Source: an uncultured Planctomycetota bacterium
GTDB lineage: Bacteria > Planctomycetota > Planctomycetia > Isosphaerales > Isosphaeraceae
Reading direction: 5' to 3'
DNA: 64,000 bases
NCBI GenBank assembly: GCA_963737655.1
Contig: CAVTTN010000002.1
Coordinates: 2,592,001-2,656,000 of the forward strand
This document shows, piece after piece, positions 53,218 through 64,000 of the stretch. The translations under genes were made by a program, and so were the position numbers. Within the stretch, counting starts at the first letter, position 1; every line of letters begins with the position of its first letter. The notes under the pieces are model-generated. The model had not been told where the DNA came from, did not search any database, and worked only from the letters and a program-made list of their open reading frames with translations.

Positions 53218-54284
53218 GGCGGGTCGCACCTCGGTGGTCCTCGACGCGGGCTGGCTCGGGACGATGAACGAGTTCCCCGAGGGCCGGGACCGGCAGGCCG
53301 CCGGATCGGGGCGATGGGAGGCCCATCCCCCCGGACGTCGTTCGTGCCGACCGAAACGATCGTGTCGAATCTATCGGTTGCGGCGAGCGGAGAAGATGAG
53401 GCGATTCTACGCTCTGGGACGACGGCATCCGACCCGGGGCGCGATCCGCACGCAGGGCGGATACGCTCCTCGCCGGCCGGAGACGTGGCGGTGGAGTCCC
53501 GGGTCCGGAAAATTCAACGTCGGCGGAGTCATGAAATGATATGATATTATTTTTATATTGTTCGAATCCTAATTCAAATAATCGAGAATTTCCAAGAAGT
53601 TGACTACACTTTTCCCCGAAAAACGCGCCGGACCCAGGAAAAACCGCCATTTCCGGCGCGCAACGACTCGTGCCACAGGAAAAAACATCATAATTTAATC
53701 TGTCTAAATCTGCAGCCCATCGTTATGCTGGCGCGGGACTTCCGCCGCGGTCGAAATTTGCCGCGATCGGTCCCCGGGGGCCGAAAAAGTGTCCGGAGGC
53801 CCGCACGCTTCGGCCGCCTCGGACCGGGCCGAGGGGGATCGATCGCGGGCCGTCGAAGAGCGGGGCGTCCGCGGATCGCCTCGCGAAGAAATCGCATGAT
53901 CGCCGGCCCGGCCGGACGCGATCCTATCCCTCGTCGGGCGAAGAACCGAGGGGCCGGCGCGGGTCCTCGGGGCGTGATTGGCCCGAGAGATCGGGGGGAT
54001 TGACGATGCGTGACATGACTTGGCGTGTCAAACTCGGTGCCACGAATCCGGCGGATGTGGCGTCAAAGCCCCCCCAGACGGCGAGTTTTCCGGGAAAATC
54101 GGCGATCGACCCCCGAAAAACTCGGGAAAATCGCGCCTTCTCGGTGGAAAACGGCGATTTTTCCTGTATCTTTAGCGCATTCTCGTCGATCACGTTCCGG
54201 CAGGAGCCGCCGGTCTGGCCCTCAAGGGGAGGGCCCGGCCGGGAGGACCGTCGAGGACCGAGGACGAGGAGGACCGAACGACCC

Positions 54285-54680
54285 ATGGCCAAGAAAGCCG
54301 CGCCGAAGGCCGCCGAACCGAAGGCGGCGCCCGCCCCCACCCCGAAGCCGGCCGAGGGTGGCGACAAGTCCTCCCGGGCCAAGTCGGCCACCAAGGCCGA
54401 GGTCTACACCCAGCTTGCCGAGAAGACGAATCTCAGCAAGAAGGACATCGCCACGGTCTTCTCCGCCATGAGCGAGCTGATCTCCAAGGAGCTGGGCAAG
54501 AAGGGCCCCGGACTCTTCGTGATCCCCGGCCTGGTCAAGCTCAAGGTCGTCCGCAAGCCGGCGACGAAGGCCAAGCAGTCGATCAACCCGTTCACCAAGG
54601 AGCCGATGACGATCAAGGCCAAGCCGGCCCGCAACGTCGTCAAGGCCACCCCGCTGAAGGGCCTGAAAGACTTCGTCTGA
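54285..54680 (+). CDS. hup: HU-family DNA-binding protein with Lys/Ala/Pro-rich N-tail
   Basis: TKAEVYTQLAEKTNLSKKD..FVIPGLVKL..INPFTKEPMTIKAKPA. Confidence 0.9.
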   Translation: MAKKAAPKAAEPKAAPAPTPKPAEGGDKSSRAKSATKAEVYTQLAEKTNLSKKDIATVFSAMSELISKELGKKGPGLFVIPGLVKLKVVRKPATKAKQSINPFTKEPMTIKAKPARNVVKATPLKGLKDFV

Positions 54681-54875
54681 TCCCGGGCCGATCGCCACGG
54701 ACGCCTCGCCGGCCTCGCCCTCCTGACTGGGGCCCCGGCCGGGCGTCTGTCGCCTTTTCCCGATTTCCGCGACGACGCCCGATCGACGGACGCGACGCAA
54801 CCCGGCATAATGGGACGAGGAGGCGTCCGGGCCAGGCTCTCCCCGGCGGCTCGCCCCCCGCCCGCGGCGACGGGG

Positions 54876-54960
54876 GCCGGCGTGGCGGAATGGCAGACGC
54901 TGGGGACTTAAAATCCTCTGGGGGGAAACCCCCGTGTGGGTTCGACTCCCACCGCCGGCA
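54876..54960 (+). tRNA. tRNA-Leu(TAA)
   Basis: GCCGGCG/CGCCGGC acceptor, GGCAGACGC D-arm, CTTAAAA loop, long variable arm, GGTTCGACTCC. Confidence 0.95.
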
Positions 54961-55033
54961 GTCCCCGGACCGGACCCGTTCGTCTCGACTCGACTCGACT
55001 CGCCCCGGGACCGAAGGGCTCCCCTCGGCCCGA

Positions 55034-55231
55034 TCAGGCCGCGTGGGCCCCGATCGTCGGCGGGCGGACCGCATCCGTATCCAGGGGGACGATCTCCTCC
55101 CGGTATACCGTCACGTCGCCCGGGGCCTCGATCCCGATCCTCACCGAGTTCCGGTCGATCTTCACGATCGTGATCCGCACGTCCGGGCCGACCTGGAACC
55201 GTTGACCGAGCTTCCTGCTCAGGACCAACAT
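55034..55231 (-). CDS. csrA: Carbon storage regulator
   Basis: MLVLSRKLGQ...VRIGIEAPGDVTVYREEI. Confidence 0.92.
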   Translation of the reverse strand: MLVLSRKLGQRFQVGPDVRITIVKIDRNSVRIGIEAPGDVTVYREEIVPLDTDAVRPPTIGAHAA

Positions 55232-55506
55232 GGCTCTCTCCTCCGATGTGTCTCGTCCGTGAGGGACAACCGGCAGACCACGTTGTTGCCGATCCGGGAA
55301 ACCCTCCACGCATCCGCCGTGCCGGCCGCGCGGCCGACGACCCCGAAACACCGAGAAACCCTTCGCAAGTCATCTTCAACAATCCATTTGGGATTTTTCC
55401 GAGTTTCTTCAGGCCTCGTCCCATCGGCGGGACGACCGCGGATCTTGAGTCCATTTTGTAAATTGTTCCCCTTGTAACTTTTTCCAGAGCCGACCGGAGG
55501 ACCCTC

Positions 55507-57954
55507 ATGGAAGCCGAGCCCGGGAAACCCCGTCCGGGACGGGGGACGCTCGCCTTCCTCGCCATGATCGCCGCCGTCCTCGGCAACCTCTGGCCGATCG
55601 GCCTGGGCGGGCGGATGCCGATCGGCGGAGACGTCACGGCGTTCTCGATCGGCCCCATGGCCGTCCTCTCCCGGTCCCTCAAGGCGGGCCGGCTCCCCCT
55701 CTGGAATGACCTCTGGGGCTATGGGTTCCCCGCCCTGGCCGAGAGCCAGATGGGCGTGTTTTATCCGCTTCACCTTATCCTGTATGGACTTCTGACGACC
55801 GAGGCCGCCTTCACCGCCAGCCTCGTCCTCCACGCCCTCTTCGCCGCCGCCGGGACTTTCTGGGCCGCCCGCCGGTTCGGAGTCGGACCCGTCGGGTCCG
55901 CCCTCGCCGGTTTCGCCTGGACCTGCTCCGGCTTCTTTCAGATCCACCTGAGCCACCACTGGGCCTACCCCACCGCGAGCTGGATGCCCTGGGCCTGGGG
56001 CCTCGCCTGGAAAGTGGCCCAGGGAGGGGGAGGACGACGATCGGCCGCCCTCCTGGCCTCGGCCCTGGCCCTCCAGGCCCTCCTCGGCCACTTCCAGCTC
56101 GGCTTTCAAACCGGGCTGTGCGTCGGAATCATCGCCGCCTGGACCCTGATCGATCACCGCGGATCGTTTTTTTTGGCGGTTCGACGCTCGGCCGCCGTCG
56201 CCGCGGCCCTCCTGGCCTCACTCCTCCTCGCCTGGGTGCAAATTGGCCCCACCTGGGACCTCGCCCGGCTCACCGAATCGAGCCGAACACCCGAATACCT
56301 CGGGGCCTTCGCATCTCCCCCAACTCACTTCATCAACCTGATCGCCCCAGAGCTGTTCCATCGCTCCTCGCTCTGGAGGTCCGTCGCCTGGGACCCGTTT
56401 CGGGCCATGCCCGAGGAGCACTTGCCCTATCTCGGGCTGATTCCTTTATTTCTGGCCCTGGTGTCCTTGAAACGCCTGCGTGGCGATCCCCCCACACGAC
56501 TCCTGATGGTGCTCTGCCTCTCCGGCCTCGTCCTCAGCTTCGGACCCTATGCCCCGGGATTCGCCATCCTCGTCCAATGTCCTGGTTTCTCCTTCTTCCG
56601 CGCCCCGGCCCGCTGGGATACCTCGCTGCTCCTGGCCCTGGCGATCCTGGCGGGCAAGGGACTGGACCTGCTGGGCGACCTCCGCCGACCCGGTAGGGCT
56701 CTGGCCTTGTTTAGCGTTTTGGCGGGGATCGGGATTGGCCTTGCGGTCCTGACCGTCGAGGCCGCCCTCGCCTCGGGCGAGAGACCCGAGGCGGGCGGGG
56801 CCTCCGGCCTGTTCGATCGGGCCTTTCGACTCATCCCAGACTCGGAAGTTGGGGCCTTCTCGAAGGCGATGAGGGCCGCCCGGACGCCGCCCACCGACCC
56901 GATCGCCCGCCTCGGCCTGATCCGCGAGGGGGCCCGGCTTGCTGATCTCGATCGCTTGAGGTTCGATCGGAAACGTTTTGAAATCTACGGTGAAGAATTG
57001 ATCGAGACTGGCCTTTTCCTCGTCATCATCCTCGCGTTCACGCCCACGGTCGCCCGGCATCGACGAGTCGGCAAGGCCCTTCTGCTCCTCTGCACCCTGG
57101 TCGATTTGACCGTCCTCGCCCGCCACCGGGGGATGGAAACGGCCCCCATCCGCCCCTTGACCAAACAAAGCACGGTCCTCGCCCGGATGGCGGCCGAGCC
57201 ATACGGGGCCAGGACCGTGGATGGGTTGAGGAACCTGCCGATGGTGGCCGGAATGGCGCCGGTGGCCGCCTATCGAACACTCGACCGTCCCGCGGTCCCT
57301 GGGCTTGCCCAGCTTGCCCTGGGTCCCCCATCAAGTCCAACGACCCTATCTGCGATAAGGGCGGTCGGCGCGACCCTCCGCGTGTTCGAACCCCTGGAAG
57401 TAAGCCCCGAATCGGCCGTAACCGTCCATGACCCCGAGCTTTCCGCCTGGATCTACGGCCGAGCCTGGTCGGAATCGGCCGAGGGGAGGCGTGCGAGGGG
57501 CTTCCGCCTCTGGCGTCCGGTCGCGAACCCAACCCGCGCCTGGTTTGTCTCGGGAGACGGGGTTTCCAACGAAGCAAACCCGGAGGAAGTCCTCCGGGTG
57601 CTGGCCGAGGCCCGGCCCCTGGAGTGGCGATTCGACCTCGACCGCCGCGAGATGATCGTGGACCTGGCAACCGACCAGGCAGGCTGGGTGATCGTCAGCC
57701 AGCTCGACGACCCGGGGTGGTCGGCTCGCTGGACATCCGGCCAAAAAACGCAGCCCGCCTGGGTCCATCCCGCATTCGGAACACGTCGCGGGGGGGCCTG
57801 GCAGGCGGTCCAGGCTCCCGGGCCGGGAAGATGGACCCTTCAGCTGACCTATGCCAGTCGACCCGCCCGGATTAGGATGATCATGTCGGCCGGGGGCTGG
57901 CTCCTCGCGATTGCCGTGATCGCCTGGCCGAGCAAGAGGACGAAGGTCGGATGA
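55507..57954 (+). CDS. YfhO-like polytopic membrane protein
   Basis: GRLPLWN..GYGFP..AESQMGVFYP, FSFFRAPARW, DPGWSA; many TM segments. Confidence 0.75.
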   Translation: MEAEPGKPRPGRGTLAFLAMIAAVLGNLWPIGLGGRMPIGGDVTAFSIGPMAVLSRSLKAGRLPLWNDLWGYGFPALAESQMGVFYPLHLILYGLLTTEAAFTASLVLHALFAAAGTFWAARRFGVGPVGSALAGFAWTCSGFFQIHLSHHWAYPTASWMPWAWGLAWKVAQGGGGRRSAALLASALALQALLGHFQLGFQTGLCVGIIAAWTLIDHRGSFFLAVRRSAAVAAALLASLLLAWVQIGPTWDLARLTESSRTPEYLGAFASPPTHFINLIAPELFHRSSLWRSVAWDPFRAMPEEHLPYLGLIPLFLALVSLKRLRGDPPTRLLMVLCLSGLVLSFGPYAPGFAILVQCPGFSFFRAPARWDTSLLLALAILAGKGLDLLGDLRRPGRALALFSVLAGIGIGLAVLTVEAALASGERPEAGGASGLFDRAFRLIPDSEVGAFSKAMRAARTPPTDPIARLGLIREGARLADLDRLRFDRKRFEIYGEELIETGLFLVIILAFTPTVARHRRVGKALLLLCTLVDLTVLARHRGMETAPIRPLTKQSTVLARMAAEPYGARTVDGLRNLPMVAGMAPVAAYRTLDRPAVPGLAQLALGPPSSPTTLSAIRAVGATLRVFEPLEVSPESAVTVHDPELSAWIYGRAWSESAEGRRARGFRLWRPVANPTRAWFVSGDGVSNEANPEEVLRVLAEARPLEWRFDLDRREMIVDLATDQAGWVIVSQLDDPGWSARWTSGQKTQPAWVHPAFGTRRGGAWQAVQAPGPGRWTLQLTYASRPARIRMIMSAGGWLLAIAVIAWPSKRTKVG

Positions 57955-58963
57955 TCGACGTAGCTATTGTAGGGGCCAGCGGTTACGCCGCCCTTGAGCT
58001 GATTCGAATCCTCCTCCGTCATCCCGGAGCGAGGGTCGCCGTCGCCACGTCCCGCGCCGACGAGGCCCCGCGGCTCGACGCCATCCATCCCAGCCTGACC
58101 GGCCGGATCGACCTGAGCTGCTCGACATTTGATCCAGCCCAGATTGCCCAGACCTGTCCATTTGCTTTCCTTGCCCTGCCGCACGCCGCGAGCCTGGCTT
58201 CCGCCCCCGAATTGCGACGGCGAGGGGTCCGCGTGATCGACCTTTCCGCCGACTATCGCCTCAAAGATCCGCTTATTTATGCTGACTGGTACGACCACGA
58301 ACACACCGATCCCGCGGGCCTGGCGGAGGCCGTCTACGGCCTTCCGGAGCTTTTCCGCGAGGCGATCCCCGCCGCAGGCCTGATCGCGAACCCGGGATGT
58401 TATACCTCGGCCTCGATCCTGGGACTCGCGCCTCTTTTGGCCGAATCGAAGATCGAACCGACCCGGATCATCATCGACGCCAAGAGCGGGGTCTCCGGAG
58501 CGGGTCGGGCCCGAAGCTTTCGACCCTGTTCCCCGAGTGCAACGAAAGTTTGTCCGCCTACGGGATTGGCCGACATCGCCATACCCCCGAAATTGACCAG
58601 ATTCTCACCCAGGTGGCCGGACAAGGCGTCGAAGTCCTCTTCACCCCCCATCTCGTCCCGATGGACCGGGGAATCCTGGCGACCATGTACGCCGACCCCA
58701 CGCCCGGGCCGGTCGTCGAGCATGACCTGATGGACCTCTTCCGCGAGTTCTACCGGAGATCCCCGTTCGTGAGGGTCGTCGATCGGCCGCCGGCGACCAA
58801 GGATTCGGCCTATTCAAACTTCTGCGATATCACCGTGAAGGTCGTCCGCGGGAAGGTGCTCGTCCTCTCGTGCCTCGACAACCTGCTCAAGGGGGCGGCG
58901 GGAGTGGCCATTCAGAACTTCAACCTCATGACCGGCCATCCCGAGGCCACGGCCCTGCCTTGA
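57951..58963 (+). CDS. argC: N-acetyl-gamma-glutamyl-phosphate reductase (frameshift ~58510)
   Basis: [44 protein letters not shown]. Confidence 0.95.
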
Positions 58964-58997
58964 GGCGATCCCGATCGATCCCCAGGAGGGGGAGCCG

Positions 58998-60662
58998 ATG
59001 AATCGGCCCTGGACCCGAGGATGGCGTGCCTGGGCCGTGGCCCTCTTGCTGATGGCCCCGGCCTCGATCCCCTATCTCACCCATTTCCTGGAAAACCGGC
59101 CGTATTCGCGACCCTCCGGCTATATCCAGCCCGACATGCCGATTTACATGGCCAAGGCCCGCGAATACTTCGATTCCGGTCGGTTTTTCCCCGTTTACGC
59201 AAATCCCTGCGGAGGTTCCTTCGACGGACCCCGCCTCTATTTCCAGCCCTGGACCCTGGCCCTCGGAGCGATCCATCGATTCGGAGGGGTCCGTCCCATC
59301 CTCCTCTTCCCCGCCTTCTGGCTCGTCACCGCATGGACGTGCGCCCGGGTGGCCCTGGCACTCTACAACGAAATCGTGGGCACGGAAACCCGGGCGAAAC
59401 GGGTGGCCCTGGGGCTTTTTTTCTGGGGGGGAGGGCTTTTGTGCCTCGCGGGAGCCGTCGTGGCCCTGTTCAGGACGGGTCACGTCGCATGGGACGATCT
59501 GTTCGCGCTCGACCCCTTCGAGGGGTGGTGGTTCCTCAATTTTGGCCGAAACCTCGTGTATCCCACCGAGTCGCTCTATCACGCCCTGATTTTCGGCACC
59601 CTCCTCCAGATGCTTCGCGGCCGGAACGCACTCGGGTGGCTCCTCGCGGCGCTGACCGCCACCTGTTCTCCATTCGCCGGGGCCGAAATCCTGGCGATCC
59701 TGGGGGTCTGGAACGTCTGGGAGATCATCACGGCAAGAGAGAGCCGCCCCAAATTAGCCAATTTATTGGTACTTTTCGCATTAATTGGCGGATTCTTGTC
59801 TTATTATACTTTCCTGCTAGAGAATTATTCCGAACATCGCCAAATTCGGGAACAGATGTCGCTCGACTGGCACCTGCCTCTGGAAAGTGCCGTGCTCGGC
59901 GGGGCGTTCGTGATTCCTCTGGCGACACTAGGGGTCCTTTCCTCCCGGGCGTATGCATCTCCCCGAGGTCGGCTCTTGATGAGCTGGGCGATGGCCGCGT
60001 TCGCCCTGTCGGAACACGATTGGTTGATCCAGCCTCGTCAACCTCTCCATTTTACCCGTGGTTATGCCTGGACCGCCCTCTTCTTCCTCGCCGCCTCGCC
60101 GCTGATTGGCCTGATTGAGCGTTTGGGCACACTGCGCCGCCCGTGGCGAGGAATCGCGACGGCCCTCCTCGTCCTGGCCTTTGTCTCGGATAATACGCTC
60201 TGGTTCTCCGGATTCGTCCGGGATCGGAAATCCCCGGGGCGGAATGGCGTTCGATTTCGGCAGGACGAATGGGAAGTACTGAGAACAATGGATCGGCCCG
60301 AGAACCGTAACGTCCTGGTTCTCTGCCAGGACGATCGGTTGAGTTACTGGATCATCGCCGAGACTCCCGCTCGCTCGTGGGTCGGTCATCACCTCGAGAC
60401 CCCAGGCTACCCAGACCGCCGGGCCGAGATTGAGGCCCTGTTCCATCATGGTCGTTTCCTGGCGGAATGGGAGAATCGGGAAATCCTGGTCATCGAGGAA
60501 AGACAGTCGGACGTTGATCGCTCGATCGAATGGGTCAAGTCGAGGGGCGGTTTCCTCGTCCTAAGCAATCGCAAGTTTCGGCTGTACCGGATCGTAACAA
60601 AGTGTCGGGCATTGCAGTCGATCCCGGGAAGACATGGACCGGAGGAAACAAGGCCGGACTGA
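58998..60662 (+). CDS. Polytopic membrane protein (possibly GT-C-like)
   Basis: Long ORF with many hydrophobic segments; AGGAGG RBS. Confidence 0.7.
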   Translation: MNRPWTRGWRAWAVALLLMAPASIPYLTHFLENRPYSRPSGYIQPDMPIYMAKAREYFDSGRFFPVYANPCGGSFDGPRLYFQPWTLALGAIHRFGGVRPILLFPAFWLVTAWTCARVALALYNEIVGTETRAKRVALGLFFWGGGLLCLAGAVVALFRTGHVAWDDLFALDPFEGWWFLNFGRNLVYPTESLYHALIFGTLLQMLRGRNALGWLLAALTATCSPFAGAEILAILGVWNVWEIITARESRPKLANLLVLFALIGGFLSYYTFLLENYSEHRQIREQMSLDWHLPLESAVLGGAFVIPLATLGVLSSRAYASPRGRLLMSWAMAAFALSEHDWLIQPRQPLHFTRGYAWTALFFLAASPLIGLIERLGTLRRPWRGIATALLVLAFVSDNTLWFSGFVRDRKSPGRNGVRFRQDEWEVLRTMDRPENRNVLVLCQDDRLSYWIIAETPARSWVGHHLETPGYPDRRAEIEALFHHGRFLAEWENREILVIEERQSDVDRSIEWVKSRGGFLVLSNRKFRLYRIVTKCRALQSIPGRHGPEETRPD

Positions 60663-61052
60663 GGCACCCTTGTTCGCCGCCACGGCCTCGGGAATATCAA
60701 TCGCTGAACCCAAAGTAAGCAGATTGCACTGCTTGAATGATCTGCGCAATCTGTGGTAAACGCGTCATTTGTGGTTATCGAAGATCCGTGCTTTTGGACC
60801 GCTCAAGCCAAAATTCACCCAGGACGAGTGACGATCGCCAGGCGCTTGTCTCCCCATTTTGCCGCCCACTCTCGACATCGTTCCGCTTTAATAAAACCTT
60901 GGAACACGAACGAACGGTGTCCAAGTGATGCAAAATCGAAATGGATTCGACCTTTCGCGGCCCGATTGCGTATGCTGGTGGTGTCGATGATTCTGGGAGC
61001 CGACCGGGGAAGGAACCTGGGTCCGGTTTCCAGGCCCCTGAGAGAATGGTTG

Positions 61053-61307
61053 ATGATTTCCGCAGCCCCCGCCCCGGGCGAGGCCGCCGCGCTGGCCGCG
61101 ACGGTTCGCCGCCTGGCCTTGCTTGCCCACCGCCTTCATGGCCCCCACCCCGACCCGAGGGATGCCCGCGATTTCGCGCGCCTGGCCTCCCGCCTCCGAG
61201 ACGACCTGACCGACCGGCCTGATAGCTCGCTTTCGGCCTGGCTGACCAACCTGGAATGCCGGGTTTCGACTCGGGGCATCCTGGCGGATTCGGCCGGCCG
61301 AAACTAG
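61053..61307 (+). CDS. Small hypothetical protein
   Basis: GC3-biased C-terminal part of ORF 60753-61307. Confidence 0.4.
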   Translation: MISAAPAPGEAAALAATVRRLALLAHRLHGPHPDPRDARDFARLASRLRDDLTDRPDSSLSAWLTNLECRVSTRGILADSAGRN

Positions 61308-61444
61308 CGGTCCGCCTCCCTCCGCCGCCCCATCGCCGATTCCGGACCGGCCCCGACGGTGACTCCGCCGGGGTGGTCCGTTAGGATGGGTCCGGGGCCC
61401 GATTCGGAGCGTCCTCCCGTGGGGCCCGCCGAGGAGGCATCTCC

Positions 61445-62284
61445 GTGCCGTCGTTCCCTTTTGCCGAAAGCCCCGAGTTTCTCCGTCTTCTCCGGGGCGA
61501 CGGCGAACCCGACCTCACCCGCCTGGCCCTCGAGATCGCCAGGGACGCCTACCCCTCGCTCGACCCGGCCGACACCCTCCGCCGGATCGACGCGCTGGCC
61601 GCTCGCGTTCGCGACCGGTGCCCCGACGGCGCCCGGCCTCGCCACATCGTCGGCCAGATCAACTGGGTCCTCTTCGTCGAGGAAAAGTATCAGGGGAACT
61701 CGGAAGATTATTACGACCCCCGGAATAGCTATTTAAATCAGGTTGTCGACCGAAAGTTCGGCATCCCGATCAGTCTGTCCGTGCTTTACATGGCGGTTGC
61801 CGAGAGGATCGGCCTGGAGATGGCGGGTGTGAACTTGCCCGCCCATTTCGTGGTGAGGACGGGCCGGGGGACTTCCACTCTCTTCGTCGATCCCTTCCAC
61901 GGCGGGGCGATCCTCGATCGCTCGGGGTGCGAGGCGCGGGTCGCCGAGGTCACGGGTCAGGATGTCGCCTTGCCCGACTCGGCGTTCGCCCCCAGCGGAG
62001 TCGGCGAAATCGCGGCGAGGATGCTTCGCAATCTCAAGGCGGTTTACCTGAGATCGCAAGACTTTGCGTCGGCGCTGCCGGTTCTACGGCGCCTGGTCGC
62101 CCTGTCTCGGGAAGACCCGATCGAGAGGAGAGACCTGGGCGTGGCCTGCCTGAAGGCCGACCGACCGGGGGAGGCCCTGGACCACTTGCCCGCCTATCTG
62201 GAAGCCCGGCCCGAGGCCGATGACGCGGACGTTGTCGCCTCGCTGGTCCGCGCCGCGCGGCGTCAGTTGGCGGGGTGGAATTGA
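61445..62284 (+). CDS. SirB1-family (transglutaminase-like + TPR) protein
   Basis: GNSEDYYDPRNSYLNQV..GIPISLSVLY..GVNLPAHF..RMLRNLK. Confidence 0.9.
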   Translation: MPSFPFAESPEFLRLLRGDGEPDLTRLALEIARDAYPSLDPADTLRRIDALAARVRDRCPDGARPRHIVGQINWVLFVEEKYQGNSEDYYDPRNSYLNQVVDRKFGIPISLSVLYMAVAERIGLEMAGVNLPAHFVVRTGRGTSTLFVDPFHGGAILDRSGCEARVAEVTGQDVALPDSAFAPSGVGEIAARMLRNLKAVYLRSQDFASALPVLRRLVALSREDPIERRDLGVACLKADRPGEALDHLPAYLEARPEADDADVVASLVRAARRQLAGWN

Positions 62285-62501
62285 CGCCAAATTGGGCGTT
62301 CGCTTCTTTTCGGGAAATTTGTGTGGAGAGGCACGGCCCTCCCCGCCGATGAGATCATATGGACTGCTCTCGACTGGCTGGCTCGGCCCGGGTCGAGGGC
62401 GGTTCGCCCGGGGCCAGCCTCTCGGGACGTCGGCCGGAGCGCCGACGGTGGCCCGGGGGAACGTCCCTCCGGCTGTCCCCCCTCGACTTGCAGGAGGCCC
62501 G

Positions 62502-64000
62502 ATGCGCACCCCCGATCTCCCCTCCCGAGCCGCGTGCCTCCTCGCCCTCGGCCTGGCTGGTTGCTCCTCGATGGCGGGCCGTCCCCCCGGGATGACCTCG
62601 CGGCTCCGGACCTTCGCCTCGTCGGGCGAGAGGCCCTTGCTGGCCGACGCCGGTTCCCCGTCGTCCGCCACCGGCTCGGAACTGGCCGGCCTAGAGCCCC
62701 GAACCCCGGCCGACGGAAGGATTTCCGGCCGCGTCGTCGATGAACGCGGCGAGCCCGTGGCCGGGATTGAGGTCCGCCTGGCCGACGGTGGCTCGCGAGG
62801 CGGTCGCGACCTGAAAGACGTGACCGACGACTCGGGCGCCTTTACCCTCAAGGGTTTACGACCCGGGGCATCGTATCAGCTCGTGGCCGAGGAAGACGGT
62901 CAGGAGGGGGCGGTCGGCCGGGCCTCGGCCAAGGCGCCCAACGGTCAGGTCAAGATTCGCCTGGTCCGTGACGACCCCGGCTCGACGGAAGCCCGCGCGG
63001 CGACGGCCTCGGAGGAGCCGGCGTCGCGGGTTCAACGGGCCTCGGGTCGCGCCGCGACCGACGAGACCCAGGAGCCGACCCCTCGGCGACGATCTCGGGT
63101 GAATGAGGAGGACCTTCCCCCGGCCGAGGAGGCCGAGGCGCTGACCTCATCGACCGCCTCCGCACCCGGCCGGCCGATCTGGAAGCGCGTGGGGGCGGCG
63201 GGTTCGGCCCTGGCATCGGCCGACCGAAGTTCTCTTCGAGACTCAACTTCCGGCCCATCCGCATCACCCCGATCCCCGGCAACTGCCCCGGCCGAGGAGG
63301 AGGCGAACCCGCTGCCTCCCGCCAAGGAGCCTCCGTCGTCCCCCGCCCCGACCCCCGAGCCGGGCCCGGCGGCCTCGCCGCGGCCCGCGCCGGCCACGGA
63401 GTCCGCAAATCCTCCCTCGGCAACGACTTCGGAACATCCGTCCCCAGCTCCGGCGGAGGCCCCGGCGAGCGAGCTACCGCCTTCGCCCTTCCCCGGCGAT
63501 CTGCCCGCCTCGCCCCCGCCCGAACCGAAGCCCGCCGCACCGACCCCGTCGGCCTCGCCCGATCCGTCGGCAGGCAATTCGGGCACGGTCCCATCGACGG
63601 CCTTGAATGCCGAGGCCGCCCCCAAGAAGAAGACCACCTGGCAGGAAGTGACCGACCGCGAGACCGCCCCGGTTCGGCTGGCCTCCTCCTTTCCCCGGTC
63701 GGTTCGGCGGTCGGCGGCATCCCCGTCGGCCGTTGAGGAACCCGGAACCGTCGCGAAACGTTCTGGATTATTCGCTTCGCGGGGCCGAGCGGAGTCGGAG
63801 CCGGGCCTGGTTGCGGCCTCCTGTCAGTTCGATTCACGCAAGCAGAGGATCGTGGACTTCGTCCTGCCTGACCTCAACGGCAAGCCGATCCGGTTCCGCG
63901 ATCTGGACTCGGACTTCGTCCTCCTGGACTTCTGGGGAACCTGGTGTGGTCCCTGCCGCGAGTCGATCCCTCACCTTGTTGATCTCCAGAAACAGTATGG
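62502..64000 (+). CDS. Lipoprotein with carboxypeptidase-regulatory-like domain and TlpA/redoxin domain (runs off the window)
   Basis: Lipobox LAGC; ISGRVVDERGEPVAG; in-frame LLDFWGTWCGPCRESIPHL. Confidence 0.8.
   Translation, partial: MRTPDLPSRAACLLALGLAGCSSMAGRPPGMTSRLRTFASSGERPLLADAGSPSSATGSELAGLEPRTPADGRISGRVVDERGEPVAGIEVRLADGGSRGGRDLKDVTDDSGAFTLKGLRPGASYQLVAEEDGQEGAVGRASAKAPNGQVKIRLVRDDPGSTEARAATASEEPASRVQRASGRAATDETQEPTPRRRSRVNEEDLPPAEEAEALTSSTASAPGRPIWKRVGAAGSALASADRSSLRDSTSGPSASPRSPATAPAEEEANPLPPAKEPPSSPAPTPEPGPAASPRPAPATESANPPSATTSEHPSPAPAEAPASELPPSPFPGDLPASPPPEPKPAAPTPSASPDPSAGNSGTVPSTALNAEAAPKKKTTWQEVTDRETAPVRLASSFPRSVRRSAASPSAVEEPGTVAKRSGLFASRGRAESEPGLVAASCQFDSRKQRIVDFVLPDLNGKPIRFRDLDSDFVLLDFWGTWCGPCRESIPHLVDLQKQY

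Overview
High-GC window, most likely from a Planctomycete (DUF1580, LEPR-XLL-type secreted protein, csrA, TPR Ser/Thr kinases). Positions 1 to ~45707 look like the right part of a genomic island that ends in a 3' tRNA-Arg(CCG) fragment (att site) and terminator. The island carries partly degraded, repeated replication modules (Prim-Pol, Toprim primase, ParB-like, DUF1580), three membrane TPR Ser/Thr kinases, IS remnants (IS66, IS5, ISAs1, IS4-like, IS701, IS1-like, one MITE) and a type I-B/I-MYXAN CRISPR-Cas locus: WYL regulator, sigma-70-like gene, cas6-cas3-cas8-cas7-cas5-cas4/1-cas2 and an array of about 85 repeats. The best finding is a hidden minus-strand mini-array of two degenerate repeats (27816-27916). 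Its 28-nt spacer matches 11 contiguous nt next to an ACG PAM in the leader of the sigma-like gene that heads the cas operon, which suggests a Cascade-repressed sigma factor circuit. A covarying 17-bp palindrome is scattered through the island only. From ~46 kb the window is core genome (beta-helix protein, HU, tRNA-Leu(UAA), csrA, argC, SirB1-like, TlpA-like). Many genes, including argC, carry single-base frameshifts that probably reflect long-read errors. All calls were made by eye without database searches.
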